The position numbers and the translations under genes were made by a program. A stretch of DNA of 60,823 nucleotides, counting the filler. It is 4 parts of 4 records of this genome, joined end to end, with 100 filler letters (N's around TTAATTAATTAA, not from the genome) between each part and the next. Parts side by side here need not be neighbours in the genome. Positions count along the whole stretch, not along the records: positions 35,853 to 50,070 come from DRR723986_12559; 3 more parts are not named here. One strand, written 5' to 3'. Within the stretch, counting starts at the first letter, position 1. Every line of letters begins with the position of its first letter. The notes beneath the pieces were generated by a model. It saw only the letters and a list, made by a program, of their open reading frames with translations, ran no database searches and was not told where the DNA came from. Shown here in pieces: positions 38,206 through 47,787 of this stretch.

Positions 38206-39786
38206 TTAATTCCCCTTTCCGAAAATCTCTTCCGGACCTTTAGGTATCACCATCAGTACTTTTTCTTTTTCTACGACCACCGAGCCAGCCGGAGAGCCTT
38301 TTACTTTTCTTACGTATTTTGCTTCAGTATGGATCACAGGAGCTAGAGTTTCATTCTTGTTTTTTGAATAAAACGCAGCCAAGGAAGCTGCAGTCTCAAT
38401 TACAGCCAAGGGGATGCTTTTAAGCCCTGAAGTCTTAATGAGTACATGAGAACCCGGAACCATACGTGCGTGCAGCCATAGGTCATCTTTCTTAGTGTAG
38501 CCACGAAGCATTTCATCATTTGCCTGTGCGGATTTGCCTACCCAGATAGGAAAGCCCTCAAATTCAAAAGTTTTGAACGGTAAAATGACTTCATCTTTTT
38601 GTAAAGCCTTGTCCTCACCATGAGATTTCTTATAGCTTTTTAAGGAACGGAAATCATCAATTGCATTCAATTCCGAGATTTTGGATTCTAATATTTCAGC
38701 TTGGTTAACCTTCGCCGCAATTGTTTTTTCCAATTGCTCCCATTCTAGCTTTCGGTTTTTACTCTTTCGGTAAAGTGATGCAGCGTGATCCTGAGGCTTT
38801 TGATTTGGCTTGAGTTTAACATGGATGTTTTCTCCCGTATAGAAGTCCATTAATTCAGCTTCAAGTTTTCCATCTTGAAAAACATGCAAATTAGCCATGA
38901 TCACATCGGCTAGATTGGAAGGGGGCGGGGAATTGCGAAGCTCATCCAGTTTTAGCCTGGACTTTTGAATATATGATTTGGTACGTTTAAGCTGCTCTTG
39001 GTATTTTTTGAGCAAGGAGTTTTTGTCTTTTTCAAAGTTCCCTCTTACCAATGCCAAATAAAACAACTCATTGATCGCGTGGATAGGATTGGAAAAGCTT
39101 TTGACAGAATTGTCATTTGGCAGAAGGCTTAGCTGAATATCTCCGTGTTGGTCTATTAAGGAAAATAGTGGCGTTTCCAGCATATCTAGCAATTCCAGCA
39201 TAAGACCCCATTTAGTCTGTAGATCTGCATTTGGATATCCTCTTTCCTTAAGCCAGCTTCTCGGGATTGATCCTAAAGTAGGTAAAAACTGAGAGGCATT
39301 TCCTTCCAGTTTTTCAAAGCTTTCCCAGCTTAAATCATAATCTTTGTTTAGCGTGCTCCAGTCCAATTCCCGGTCTTCTGCTATACCATTTCGGAACAAC
39401 TTACTCGGTACGGCTCTATCCTCCTCATAGAGCAAGATGTTACTTCGGTTGGCATGCAATTTAAAAAGGAGGGTTTTTTCCGAACTGAGAATGAAATAAA
39501 ATGCACGTTCAAAACTCAATACTTGACAGCCTAGGATCTTTTCTCCGATTAGCTCCTTAAAAAGGTTGATGCTGTTTCTCTTGGCACGCTGAAAATTTGT
39601 TGGAAATGAAAGGTAGATCTGAGGCGGTAAAAAATGAGCTCGGATGAATCGCGACTCTTCGTCATCTTCAGTTTCTATAATTAGCTCGCCTTTATTTTGT
39701 GAAAAACAAGCCACTATTTTTTTGCCCAAAAATGCTTTTTCCAGCTCAGGACAGAGGTATTTCAGGAAATGATAATTAAGATGCAT
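38206..39786 (-). CDS. NFACT family protein (RqcH/FbpA-like)
   Basis: NFACT-N-like region (ER...NRSNILL), coiled coils, NFACT-R domain (VGKSAQAND, LWLHAR, PGSHV, AAFYSK, YVRKVKG). Confidence 0.88.
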   Translation of the reverse strand: MHLNYHFLKYLCPELEKAFLGKKIVACFSQNKGELIIETEDDEESRFIRAHFLPPQIYLSFPTNFQRAKRNSINLFKELIGEKILGCQVLSFERAFYFILSSEKTLLFKLHANRSNILLYEEDRAVPSKLFRNGIAEDRELDWSTLNKDYDLSWESFEKLEGNASQFLPTLGSIPRSWLKERGYPNADLQTKWGLMLELLDMLETPLFSLIDQHGDIQLSLLPNDNSVKSFSNPIHAINELFYLALVRGNFEKDKNSLLKKYQEQLKRTKSYIQKSRLKLDELRNSPPPSNLADVIMANLHVFQDGKLEAELMDFYTGENIHVKLKPNQKPQDHAASLYRKSKNRKLEWEQLEKTIAAKVNQAEILESKISELNAIDDFRSLKSYKKSHGEDKALQKDEVILPFKTFEFEGFPIWVGKSAQANDEMLRGYTKKDDLWLHARMVPGSHVLIKTSGLKSIPLAVIETAASLAAFYSKNKNETLAPVIHTEAKYVRKVKGSPAGSVVVEKEKVLMVIPKGPEEIFGKGN

Positions 39787-40550
39787 TAGTCCAAAGTTAG
39801 CTGAAGCCCATCATAGGCCAAGGCTATTCCCTCAGGTAATTCCTTATCTACTGCACTATGCAGGCCAAGTTTATGCGAAATATGTGTAAAGTAGGTTTCC
39901 GTAGCTCCGATTTTCTGAGCCATTTCTACAGCTTCATCCAATGTGAAATGTGAGATGTGGGATTCTTTTTGGAGGGCGTTGAGGACAAGGATCTCGGTGC
40001 CTTCTATCAATTGCAGGGATTCCTCGGGAATATAATTAGCGTCAGTGATGTAGGTGAAGTCACCAATTCGAAACCCCAAAATTGGAAGCTTGTAATGCAT
40101 CACTGGAATAGGAGTGATGGTGATTCCTTCAATACTGAATGGGCTTTCACTGATTTCTATGGTTTGTACTTGCGGCACACCAGGATATCTTTTCCCACTG
40201 AAAATATAGGCAAACTCACGCTTGATTTGTTCTAAAACCTGAGGCTTTCCAAACACTGGCATGTCTTTTTGCTGTTTGAAATTAAATGGGCGAATATCGT
40301 CTAAACCGGCAGTGTGATCCTTGTGCTCGTGCGTGAAAATCACTGCGTCAAGGTCTGTGATACCCGCTCGGAGAACTTGTGTGCGGAAATCAGGTCCAGT
40401 GTCGATTACTAAGCTCAACTTACCCACCTGTAGATGGACGGATGATCTGAATCGCCTGTCTCTAAAATCTAATGAACGACACACTTCGCATGTACAGCCT
40501 ATCACTGGAACTCCCTGAGAAGTACCAGTTCCTAAAAAGGTTACTTTCAA
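39786..40550 (-). CDS. MBL-fold metallohydrolase (PhnP-like)
   Basis: LGTGTSQGVP, CTCEVC, THEHKDH, YITD and FTHISH motifs. Confidence 0.9.
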   Translation of the reverse strand: MKVTFLGTGTSQGVPVIGCTCEVCRSLDFRDRRFRSSVHLQVGKLSLVIDTGPDFRTQVLRAGITDLDAVIFTHEHKDHTAGLDDIRPFNFKQQKDMPVFGKPQVLEQIKREFAYIFSGKRYPGVPQVQTIEISESPFSIEGITITPIPVMHYKLPILGFRIGDFTYITDANYIPEESLQLIEGTEILVLNALQKESHISHFTLDEAVEMAQKIGATETYFTHISHKLGLHSAVDKELPEGIALAYDGLQLTLD

Positions 40551-40825
40551 AATTTTAATTGTGTTTGCCTCAATTCTGTGAGGAAGTCATGATTTGCTTT
40601 ATCCTTAAAATCGGATGGATCAAGATTTAGTTCGATCAGAATGTCAACCAGAGCGTTGATTTTCCCTTCTAAGGGAAAATATTTATTGACAATTACGATC
40701 TTAGCTTCATTCAATACACAATAGCCGGATTTGAAATTCCCTTTTTCATACCGCAGCATGTAATCTGATGAGGCGAATAGATTTTCGAGTTTATCTAAAA
40801 AGTGCTTGGTGTATTTTATAGCCAT
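40547..40825 (-). CDS. Conserved hypothetical protein
   Basis: 92-aa ORF in a tight operon; RYEKGNFKSGYC motif. Confidence 0.75.
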   Translation of the reverse strand: MAIKYTKHFLDKLENLFASSDYMLRYEKGNFKSGYCVLNEAKIVIVNKYFPLEGKINALVDILIELNLDPSDFKDKANHDFLTELRQTQLKF

Positions 40826-40827
40826 AG

Positions 40828-41205
40828 TTATACTAGAAATTTCTTGACTGTAGCTAATAGCCTGTCGTAATCCAGAGGTTTTTGAATAAAATCATCAAAC
40901 CCCATCTTTCTGAATTCATCCATTGTGTAATTGTTCATGTTTCCGGTAATCGCAATTATTGGAAGTTTAGATTTGGTTTCATCATTAAGTTCCCGGATCA
41001 TTTTAGTACAAGTAGCTCCATCAAGGACAGGCATATTTAAATCCATCAGAATAAGATCAAAATCCTCTTTTTCCAGTATATCCAGCACTTGCTTGCCATT
41101 TTTAGCGGCTTTCATTTGATATTTTTCAAACGAAAGAATGCTCCTAGTCAAGTTTAAAATGACTGAACTATCCTCTCCAACGAGGATTTTTTTTGAATTA
41201 TTCAT
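40828..41205 (-). CDS. Single-domain response regulator
   Basis: VGEDS, ILMDLNMP (phospho-Asp), AITG and QKP motifs. Confidence 0.92.
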   Translation of the reverse strand: MNNSKKILVGEDSSVILNLTRSILSFEKYQMKAAKNGKQVLDILEKEDFDLILMDLNMPVLDGATCTKMIRELNDETKSKLPIIAITGNMNNYTMDEFRKMGFDDFIQKPLDYDRLLATVKKFLV

Positions 41206-41945
41206 GGGTTAAAAATAGTTTCTTCTTCAAGATATTTTTTAAATATGACACGTTCATTTATCAGGTTTTTTAATGCTGTTCCCAAAGCGTCCCAGTTCTC
41301 AGCTCTAGCTAACAGATCAGCTTCACTGGAAAAAGTAAAAATAGCATTGACCCCTAAAGTGCCTGAATTACCTTTTATGGTATGAAGATGTTTGATGAGG
41401 GTCTGCTTATCCTTTTCTTGGAAAGCCTTATCTATTAGATGTATTAGCTCATCAAATTCTTCAATAAATTCAATATACAAAGACCTTAGGTTAATTACTG
41501 AATTAAATTTGGATAGTTGTTGAAATACCTTTTCATCAATTATTTCAGGAGGTTTACTAAAGGTGATTTTTTCGTCTTCAGTGCAGGAAAGAATGTCTGA
41601 CACAGCTTCCAGAAAATCCTTTGGACGAATTGGTTTTGAAATCAATGCGGTAAAGCCCATTTCCAATAGGCATTTTTTTGAATGAGCTTCGGAATAGCTT
41701 GAAACAGCTATTATTGGGCAATTGTATGGAGACTTTCTCCATATAGTCTGGGCTGTGGTTATCCCATCCATTACTGGCATTTGAAGGTCCATCAGTATCA
41801 GATCAAACGCTACTTGGGATGCTTTTTCTACAGCTTCTAATCCGCTTTTCACCGATTCATATCCACATAAGTGCTCAATCAAGTTTTCAATTAACCGTCG
41901 ATTCATATCATTAGCATCAACAATCAATACCTTTTTGGTTTTCAT
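41202..41945 (-). CDS. Response regulator with C-terminal Hpt domain
   Basis: ILMDLQMP and SKP motifs; HTIKGNSGTLG Hpt signature. Confidence 0.9.
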   Translation of the reverse strand: MKTKKVLIVDANDMNRRLIENLIEHLCGYESVKSGLEAVEKASQVAFDLILMDLQMPVMDGITTAQTIWRKSPYNCPIIAVSSYSEAHSKKCLLEMGFTALISKPIRPKDFLEAVSDILSCTEDEKITFSKPPEIIDEKVFQQLSKFNSVINLRSLYIEFIEEFDELIHLIDKAFQEKDKQTLIKHLHTIKGNSGTLGVNAIFTFSSEADLLARAENWDALGTALKNLINERVIFKKYLEEETIFNP

Positions 41946-41991
41946 TACAATACTTTGGATTTTTGGCCTTCGACTACCTAACTAATTCACT

Positions 41992-42900
41992 TTGATAAAT
42001 CAATCCTATTTAATCTTAGTAGTGGGACCCACTGCAGTTGGGAAGACAGATTTATGTCTAAATCTAGCTAAAAAATTCAAGACTGAAATCGTCTCTTGCG
42101 ATAGCCGACAATTTTATAAGGAAATGATTTTGGGAACGGCAAAGCCCAATTCTGAGGAGTTGAAGCAAGTTCCACATCATTTTATAAATAATTTGTCCAT
42201 CGAGGATGAATATGATGTTAGGAGATTTGAGCGGGAAGCATTGGTTTTGCTGCAAGCTTTATTTGCACAGCATAAGCTAGTCATTATGACGGGTGGCTCC
42301 GGGCTTTTTGCAGATGCTGTTGTAAATGGATTGGATGAAATGCCAGAGCTGGATCCGAAGATCCGCAAGGAGATAATTCAGGAATATGAGCAAAAAGGGT
42401 TAGAATTTTTGCAGGAAGAAATTGCTAAAAATGACCCTGAGTATTTTGAAAAAGTTGATCAAAAGAACCCTCAGCGACTAATGCGAGCCTTGGAGATTTG
42501 GCGAGGTACTGGAAAAAAATTTAGTTCATTTAGGGTAAAATCAAAAAAGCATCGACCATTCAAAGACATCAAAATTGGTTTGGAAAGAGATCGGGAGGAA
42601 TTGTACTCCAGAATTGACCAAAGGATGGATCAAATGATCGAAGCTGGCTTATTTGATGAGGCAGACGCACTCTTCGGTAAGCGTCACCTGAATGCATTGC
42701 AGACTGTCGGTTACTCAGAGATCTTCGGGTTTTTAGAAGGGAAGTATGATAAGGAAGAAGCCATCCGATTGCTCAAAAGAAACTCAAGACGTTATGCTAA
42801 GCGTCAGATGACTTGGTTCAAAAAGGATGAATCAATTCATTGGTTTTCTCCTGATAAGCAAGATGAAATTTTAAAGTTTGTAGCAGATCAAATTGCTTGA
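41992..42900 (+). CDS. miaA: tRNA dimethylallyltransferase
   Basis: GPTAVGKT, DSRQFY, GGSGL and RRYAKRQMTWF motifs; TTG start. Confidence 0.95.
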   Translation: MINQSYLILVVGPTAVGKTDLCLNLAKKFKTEIVSCDSRQFYKEMILGTAKPNSEELKQVPHHFINNLSIEDEYDVRRFEREALVLLQALFAQHKLVIMTGGSGLFADAVVNGLDEMPELDPKIRKEIIQEYEQKGLEFLQEEIAKNDPEYFEKVDQKNPQRLMRALEIWRGTGKKFSSFRVKSKKHRPFKDIKIGLERDREELYSRIDQRMDQMIEAGLFDEADALFGKRHLNALQTVGYSEIFGFLEGKYDKEEAIRLLKRNSRRYAKRQMTWFKKDESIHWFSPDKQDEILKFVADQIA

Positions 42901-43223
42901 AACCGAGCGATTTTTCCAACCCAATTATAAGGAGCTTTTTTTAGTAAGGCATTGTATTGAATACGGTTGACCTTTAGATCGCGTATGATTTTCAATGCTT
43001 TTTCTGTAATGCCTTTTTCAGTTTGCTTTTCCTTAAGCGCAGCAATAAGCAAGTCTGGATCGGATGAATCATCTACCAGAATTCCCAATGCTGGGTTCAA
43101 GGAGTTTAATTTGAAAAGCAGCTCTTTCTGCTGATTGAGTTTTCGCTGCAGCTCATTTTTCACAGTAAGGAAAAAAAGGAGAGCACCGCCTCCCAGCATA
43201 ATAAATAGTGGTATGAACCCCAT
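42888..43223 (-). CDS. Small LemA-like membrane-anchored protein
   Basis: N-terminal TM helix; C-terminal YNALLKKAPYNWVGKIARF resembles the LemA terminus. Confidence 0.55.
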   Translation of the reverse strand: MGFIPLFIMLGGGALLFFLTVKNELQRKLNQQKELLFKLNSLNPALGILVDDSSDPDLLIAALKEKQTEKGITEKALKIIRDLKVNRIQYNALLKKAPYNWVGKIARFQAI

Positions 43224-43224
43224 C

Positions 43225-44199
43225 TTAAATACTTAAGATTTTCATTAATTTAAGGTGATCTTCGATCAGCGGCTTGGTCTTACCTATACAATCTGCAAAT
43301 GGTGTAAATACCACTTCTTGATTTACTACTCCAGCCATGTGAAATTGATGACCTGCAATTAATCCTTCGACTGCAGACATCCCGCATCTACTAGCTAAAA
43401 CCCGATCACGGGCAGTAGGGTTTCCACCTCGCTGAATGTGTCCAAGAGTAGTTACTTTGAAATCCTTACTAGGATCATTGACCTTGTTTTTGACAATTTC
43501 CATTACCGTTTGAGCATTACCTGCTTCATCACCTTCAGCTACAACAACAATACTGGAGAATCTGTTTTTTCTGTTGTTTTTTAATGACTTTACCACATCA
43601 TCCAAGTTGGTTTTTGTTTCTGGCACCATCACAAATTCCGCTCCTCCACCGATACCAGATTCAATTGCAATAAATCCTGCATCTCTTCCCATTACTTCAA
43701 TGAAGAAAATACGATCGTGTGCGGCGGCTGTATCACGGATTTTATCAATTGCTTCCAAAGCTGTATTTACGGCAGTGTCAAATCCAATGGTATAGTCAGT
43801 GCCATACAAGTCGTTATCAATCGTCCCTGGACAGCCAATGGTAGGGATTCCAAATTCTTCGAAAAACACCTTTGCACCTGTAAAAGTACCGTCTCCGCCG
43901 ATTGCGACCAGGCCTTCTATGCCATGTGCTTTGAGATTGTCGTAGGCTTGCTTTCTTCCTTCTGGAGTTTTGAATTCCATAGACCTGGCAGACTTAAGGA
44001 TTGTCCCTCCTCGCTGTACAATATTACTTACAGAGTGAGATTGCAAGCGTTTAATGTCACCATCGATCATGCCTTCATACCCACGGTATATCCCGTAAAC
44101 TTCTAATCCTTTGAAAATGGCTGTACGTACGACCGCTCTCACGCAAGCGTTCATGCCAGGACTATCTCCTCCAGAAGTAAAAACTGCTATTTTCTTCAT
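43225..44199 (-). CDS. pfkA: ATP-dependent 6-phosphofructokinase
   Basis: TSGGDSPGMN, GGDGT, TIDND, EVMGR and LGHIQRGG motifs. Confidence 0.96.
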   Translation of the reverse strand: MKKIAVFTSGGDSPGMNACVRAVVRTAIFKGLEVYGIYRGYEGMIDGDIKRLQSHSVSNIVQRGGTILKSARSMEFKTPEGRKQAYDNLKAHGIEGLVAIGGDGTFTGAKVFFEEFGIPTIGCPGTIDNDLYGTDYTIGFDTAVNTALEAIDKIRDTAAAHDRIFFIEVMGRDAGFIAIESGIGGGAEFVMVPETKTNLDDVVKSLKNNRKNRFSSIVVVAEGDEAGNAQTVMEIVKNKVNDPSKDFKVTTLGHIQRGGNPTARDRVLASRCGMSAVEGLIAGHQFHMAGVVNQEVVFTPFADCIGKTKPLIEDHLKLMKILSI

Positions 44200-44426
44200 A
44201 TGCTAATATTGTTTTTCAATGGTCATAAGGAATCTCGCAACTTGAAAAAAATCGTCCCTATTAGTGACTTCTGAGTTATGCTCGATTTCATTGTTCATAG
44301 GTTTAAGATCCCAAAAATAGGGATAAATGAAAGAATGCTTCCAGTTTCTCAAATTATTAAACCTTTAATAAAAGCTAAATAATTAAGCGGTTTGAATTCC
44401 AGTATTAATAATGTGAATTTGGGAGT

Positions 44427-45317
44427 ATGGAAAAGAGAAAACTACCTGCTTTGTCATTTGAAGTAAGTCCACTTGCACTTGGATGTATGTCTTTGAAAGG
44501 CAGTTTAAAAGAAGATCAACAAATCATTGACGCTGCAGTTTCTATTGGAATTAATTTCTTTGATACAGCAGATTTGTATCAAAAAGGCCTCAATGAAGAA
44601 ATTGTAGGCGCTGCACTTAAAAATAGACGTAAAGACATTGTTTTAGCCACCAAGGTAGGCAACCAACTTCGACCAGATGGCAGTGGCTGGGATTGGAATC
44701 CTAGGAAATCCTACATCCTACAAGCTGTGGAGGCAAGTTTGAAAAGATTACAAACGGATTACATTGATGTTTACCAATTGCACGGAGGCACGCTGGAAGA
44801 CCCTTGGGAGGAAACCTTGGAAGCTTTTGAAATTCTTAAAAGTCAAGGCAAAATCCGGGCTTTTGGGATTTCTTCCATTCGCCCAAATGTGATCCGAAAA
44901 GTACTAGCAATGAGTAGTCCTGCTACCATTATGATGCAATACAATCCTCTGGATCGTCGGCCGGAAGAGGAAGCGTTTCCATTAATTGCTGATTCTGACA
45001 CAAGAGTTTTGGTGCGTGGTGCTTTTGCAAAAGGACTTTTAATCAATAAGTCTGCTGAGCCATTTCTTGATTATTCTGCTACCGAAGTAAAGGAAGTACG
45101 CGAGTTGATTGGGGATTCTGGAGTGCTTCCGGAAGCTTTTCTAATTCATTTTGGTCTAATACAGCCAGCGGTGGGTGCTTTAGTGATTGGAGCAAGTTCG
45201 GTTCAACAGGTCGAAAAAATGATTTTGGCTTATCAGCAGCATGAAATGTTTTCGGAGCAATTAATGCAAACGATCACTGCCAAAATACCGCTAAACCAAT
45301 ACACCCAGCATAGATAA
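44427..45317 (+). CDS. Aldo/keto reductase
   Basis: LGCMS, FDTADLY, ATKVG and DYIDVYQLH motifs. Confidence 0.92.
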   Translation: MEKRKLPALSFEVSPLALGCMSLKGSLKEDQQIIDAAVSIGINFFDTADLYQKGLNEEIVGAALKNRRKDIVLATKVGNQLRPDGSGWDWNPRKSYILQAVEASLKRLQTDYIDVYQLHGGTLEDPWEETLEAFEILKSQGKIRAFGISSIRPNVIRKVLAMSSPATIMMQYNPLDRRPEEEAFPLIADSDTRVLVRGAFAKGLLINKSAEPFLDYSATEVKEVRELIGDSGVLPEAFLIHFGLIQPAVGALVIGASSVQQVEKMILAYQQHEMFSEQLMQTITAKIPLNQYTQHR

Positions 45318-45394
45318 AATTCCCATTGCCTAGAGACCACAAAAAGTCTATTTTGGAAGAATATATATTATTCCTCCTTTTAAATCACCCAACT

Positions 45395-47581
45395 ATGAAA
45401 GTTAGACTGTTACTTTTTCTATTACCAGTGGTAATCTGGTCTTGCGAACCAAAAGAGCTTACCGAGACCGAACGTTGGGAGGATACCGCTAGTCGGGTTG
45501 AAATAATTAGAGATGATTTTGGGATTCCTCACATTTATGGGAAAAGCGATGCAGATGCGGTTTTCGGATTACTCTATGCGCAGTGTGAGGATGATTTCAG
45601 GAGAGTAGAACGAAATTACATTTGGGCGACAGGCCGTTTGGCTGAGTTGGAAGGTCCGGAAGCTATTTACAGTGATTTGAGAGCAAATCTCTACATGACT
45701 GAAGCAGAAGCAAAAGCTGCTTATGAAACAGCACCTGATTGGTTGAAGGAACTTTGTGTTGCTTTTGCCGACGGCATAAACTATTACTTGGCTACACATC
45801 CGGAAGTGACACCTCAAGTGATTACGCATTACGAACCTTGGATGCCAATGTTCTTCAGTGAAGGATCTATCGGTGGAGATATTGAGCAGATTCCAACTCG
45901 CAGAATTCAGGCATTTTATGCCGAAAAAGAGCCAGACGTAATGGCTTTATATGAGGAAGAAATTACCAGAGAGGCTTTATTAGACGAACCAAAAGGTTCC
46001 AATGGTATCGCGCTGAATGGTAAGATGACAGCTTCAGGTAATGCGATGCTACTCATCAATCCACACACCTCCTTTTACTTCAGGCCTGAAGTTCACGTGG
46101 TTAGCGAAGAAGGTTTAAATGCTTATGGTGCAGTGACTTGGGGACAGTTCTTCGTTTACCAAGGCTTCAATGAGAAAACAGGCTGGATGCATACTTCTAC
46201 TCAAGTGGATTTTATTGATGAGTTTGTGGAAGAGGTGACAGAGAAAGATGGGAAATATGAATACCAATATGGAGATGAGAGTCGTGCAGTCGAGGAGTTT
46301 CAAGTTTCATTGAAATATAAGTCAGGAACAGAATTAAAGGAGAAACCTTTCACGTTTTACCGAACTCACCATGGCCCGATTACACATAAGATTGGAGATA
46401 AGTGGGTGGCGACTAAGATCAATTGGGATCCTGTCAATGCCTTGATCCAAAGCTTTACTAGGACAAAATTGAGCAATCACGAGGAGTTTAAACAAATGAT
46501 GGACATCCGTACCAATTCCTCCAATAATACGGTTTTTGCGGATGCTGATGGAAATATTGCGTATTTCCATGGCAACTTCATCCCAAAAAGAAATGAAGGT
46601 TTTGACTTCTCCGAACCTGTGGATGGTTCAGATCCAAACTCGGATTGGCAAGGTTTGCATACCGTGGATGAAAGTATTATGGTCTTAAATCCAGGCACAG
46701 GCTGGATTCAAAACTGTAATTCCACTCCCTTTACTGCGGCAGGAGAGTTTAGCCCTAAACAGGAGGATTATCCTTTTTATATGGCTCCAGATCGCGAAAA
46801 CTATCGTGGAATTCATGCGATGAAAGTGTTGAATGATACTACAGGTTTGACTTTGGATGGTTTGATAGATTTGGCATATGATCCTTATTTACCAGCATTT
46901 GAGGAACTGATTCCTATGCTGCTCAAAGCACATGAAAAGCGTGGTGTGGCAGATCCTCAATTCATGGAGCCAATAAAAATCTTGGAGGCTTGGGATTACC
47001 GCACTTCCAAAGAATCTGTTGCGATGTCATTGGCTCATTTTTTTGGGATGAATTTTATGAGAAATCATGGCAACATCAATAATTTGATCCCATTTAATAT
47101 TGATGAAAACACGAATGTTCCTAAGCCTTCCCCTACAGCATTGCTAGCAACTTTCGCACAAACATTGGATCAGATGAATGCCGATTTCGGAACATGGAAT
47201 ACGCCTTGGTCAGAGATCAATAGATTTCAGCGATTGACAGGAGAAATCGATCTGCCTTTTGATGATGACAAGGAGTATAGCCCGGTTGGTTTGGCTTCTG
47301 GAACCTGGGGTGCTTTGGCAGCTTTCGGGGCGAGGACCTTTCCTGGGACGAAGAGATTGTATGGTTACAGAGGAAATAGTTTTGTAGCTGTAGTGGAATT
47401 TGGAGAGAAAGTAAAAGCCAAATCCATTCTTGCTGGTGGCCAGAGCTCAGATCCAAATTCTCCTCATTTCTACGATCAAACTCAGGACTATATCGACGGG
47501 AATTTCAAAGATGTTGCTTTTTACCGGGAAGATGTGGAGGCTAGAATGGAGGAGCGATATGTGCCAGGGAAGAGGGAGTAG
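45395..47581 (+). CDS. Penicillin acylase family Ntn-hydrolase (lipoprotein)
   Basis: IWSC lipobox, RDDFGIPHIYG, GSNG (N-terminal nucleophile Ser), NPH and QNCN motifs. Confidence 0.9.
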   Translation: MKVRLLLFLLPVVIWSCEPKELTETERWEDTASRVEIIRDDFGIPHIYGKSDADAVFGLLYAQCEDDFRRVERNYIWATGRLAELEGPEAIYSDLRANLYMTEAEAKAAYETAPDWLKELCVAFADGINYYLATHPEVTPQVITHYEPWMPMFFSEGSIGGDIEQIPTRRIQAFYAEKEPDVMALYEEEITREALLDEPKGSNGIALNGKMTASGNAMLLINPHTSFYFRPEVHVVSEEGLNAYGAVTWGQFFVYQGFNEKTGWMHTSTQVDFIDEFVEEVTEKDGKYEYQYGDESRAVEEFQVSLKYKSGTELKEKPFTFYRTHHGPITHKIGDKWVATKINWDPVNALIQSFTRTKLSNHEEFKQMMDIRTNSSNNTVFADADGNIAYFHGNFIPKRNEGFDFSEPVDGSDPNSDWQGLHTVDESIMVLNPGTGWIQNCNSTPFTAAGEFSPKQEDYPFYMAPDRENYRGIHAMKVLNDTTGLTLDGLIDLAYDPYLPAFEELIPMLLKAHEKRGVADPQFMEPIKILEAWDYRTSKESVAMSLAHFFGMNFMRNHGNINNLIPFNIDENTNVPKPSPTALLATFAQTLDQMNADFGTWNTPWSEINRFQRLTGEIDLPFDDDKEYSPVGLASGTWGALAAFGARTFPGTKRLYGYRGNSFVAVVEFGEKVKAKSILAGGQSSDPNSPHFYDQTQDYIDGNFKDVAFYREDVEARMEERYVPGKRE

Positions 47582-47582
47582 G

Positions 47583-47641
47583 CAGTGACCAGTTGCAGTA
47601 ATCAGTTTGTTGACCTTTGAGGTTTCTAAAACCTCGAAGGT
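47583..47641. repeat. 13-bp tandem repeat plus REP-like palindrome
   Basis: CAGTGACCAGTTGCAGTAATCAGTT (47583-47607) then ACCTTTGAGGTTT-CTA-AAACCTCGAAGGT (47613-47641). Confidence 0.6.
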
Positions 47642-47787
47642 TTTATGTTTATAGTAAATTGTACCAGTAAAAATTAAAATAAATTTATAGTCAGCTTATC
47701 AATTCAATGCTTCGTTTATTCCCATTGTTTGCCGGAGGAAAGGATATTTTGCTGAGTTATCCATCTTGAACAAACCCACCTTTACTT

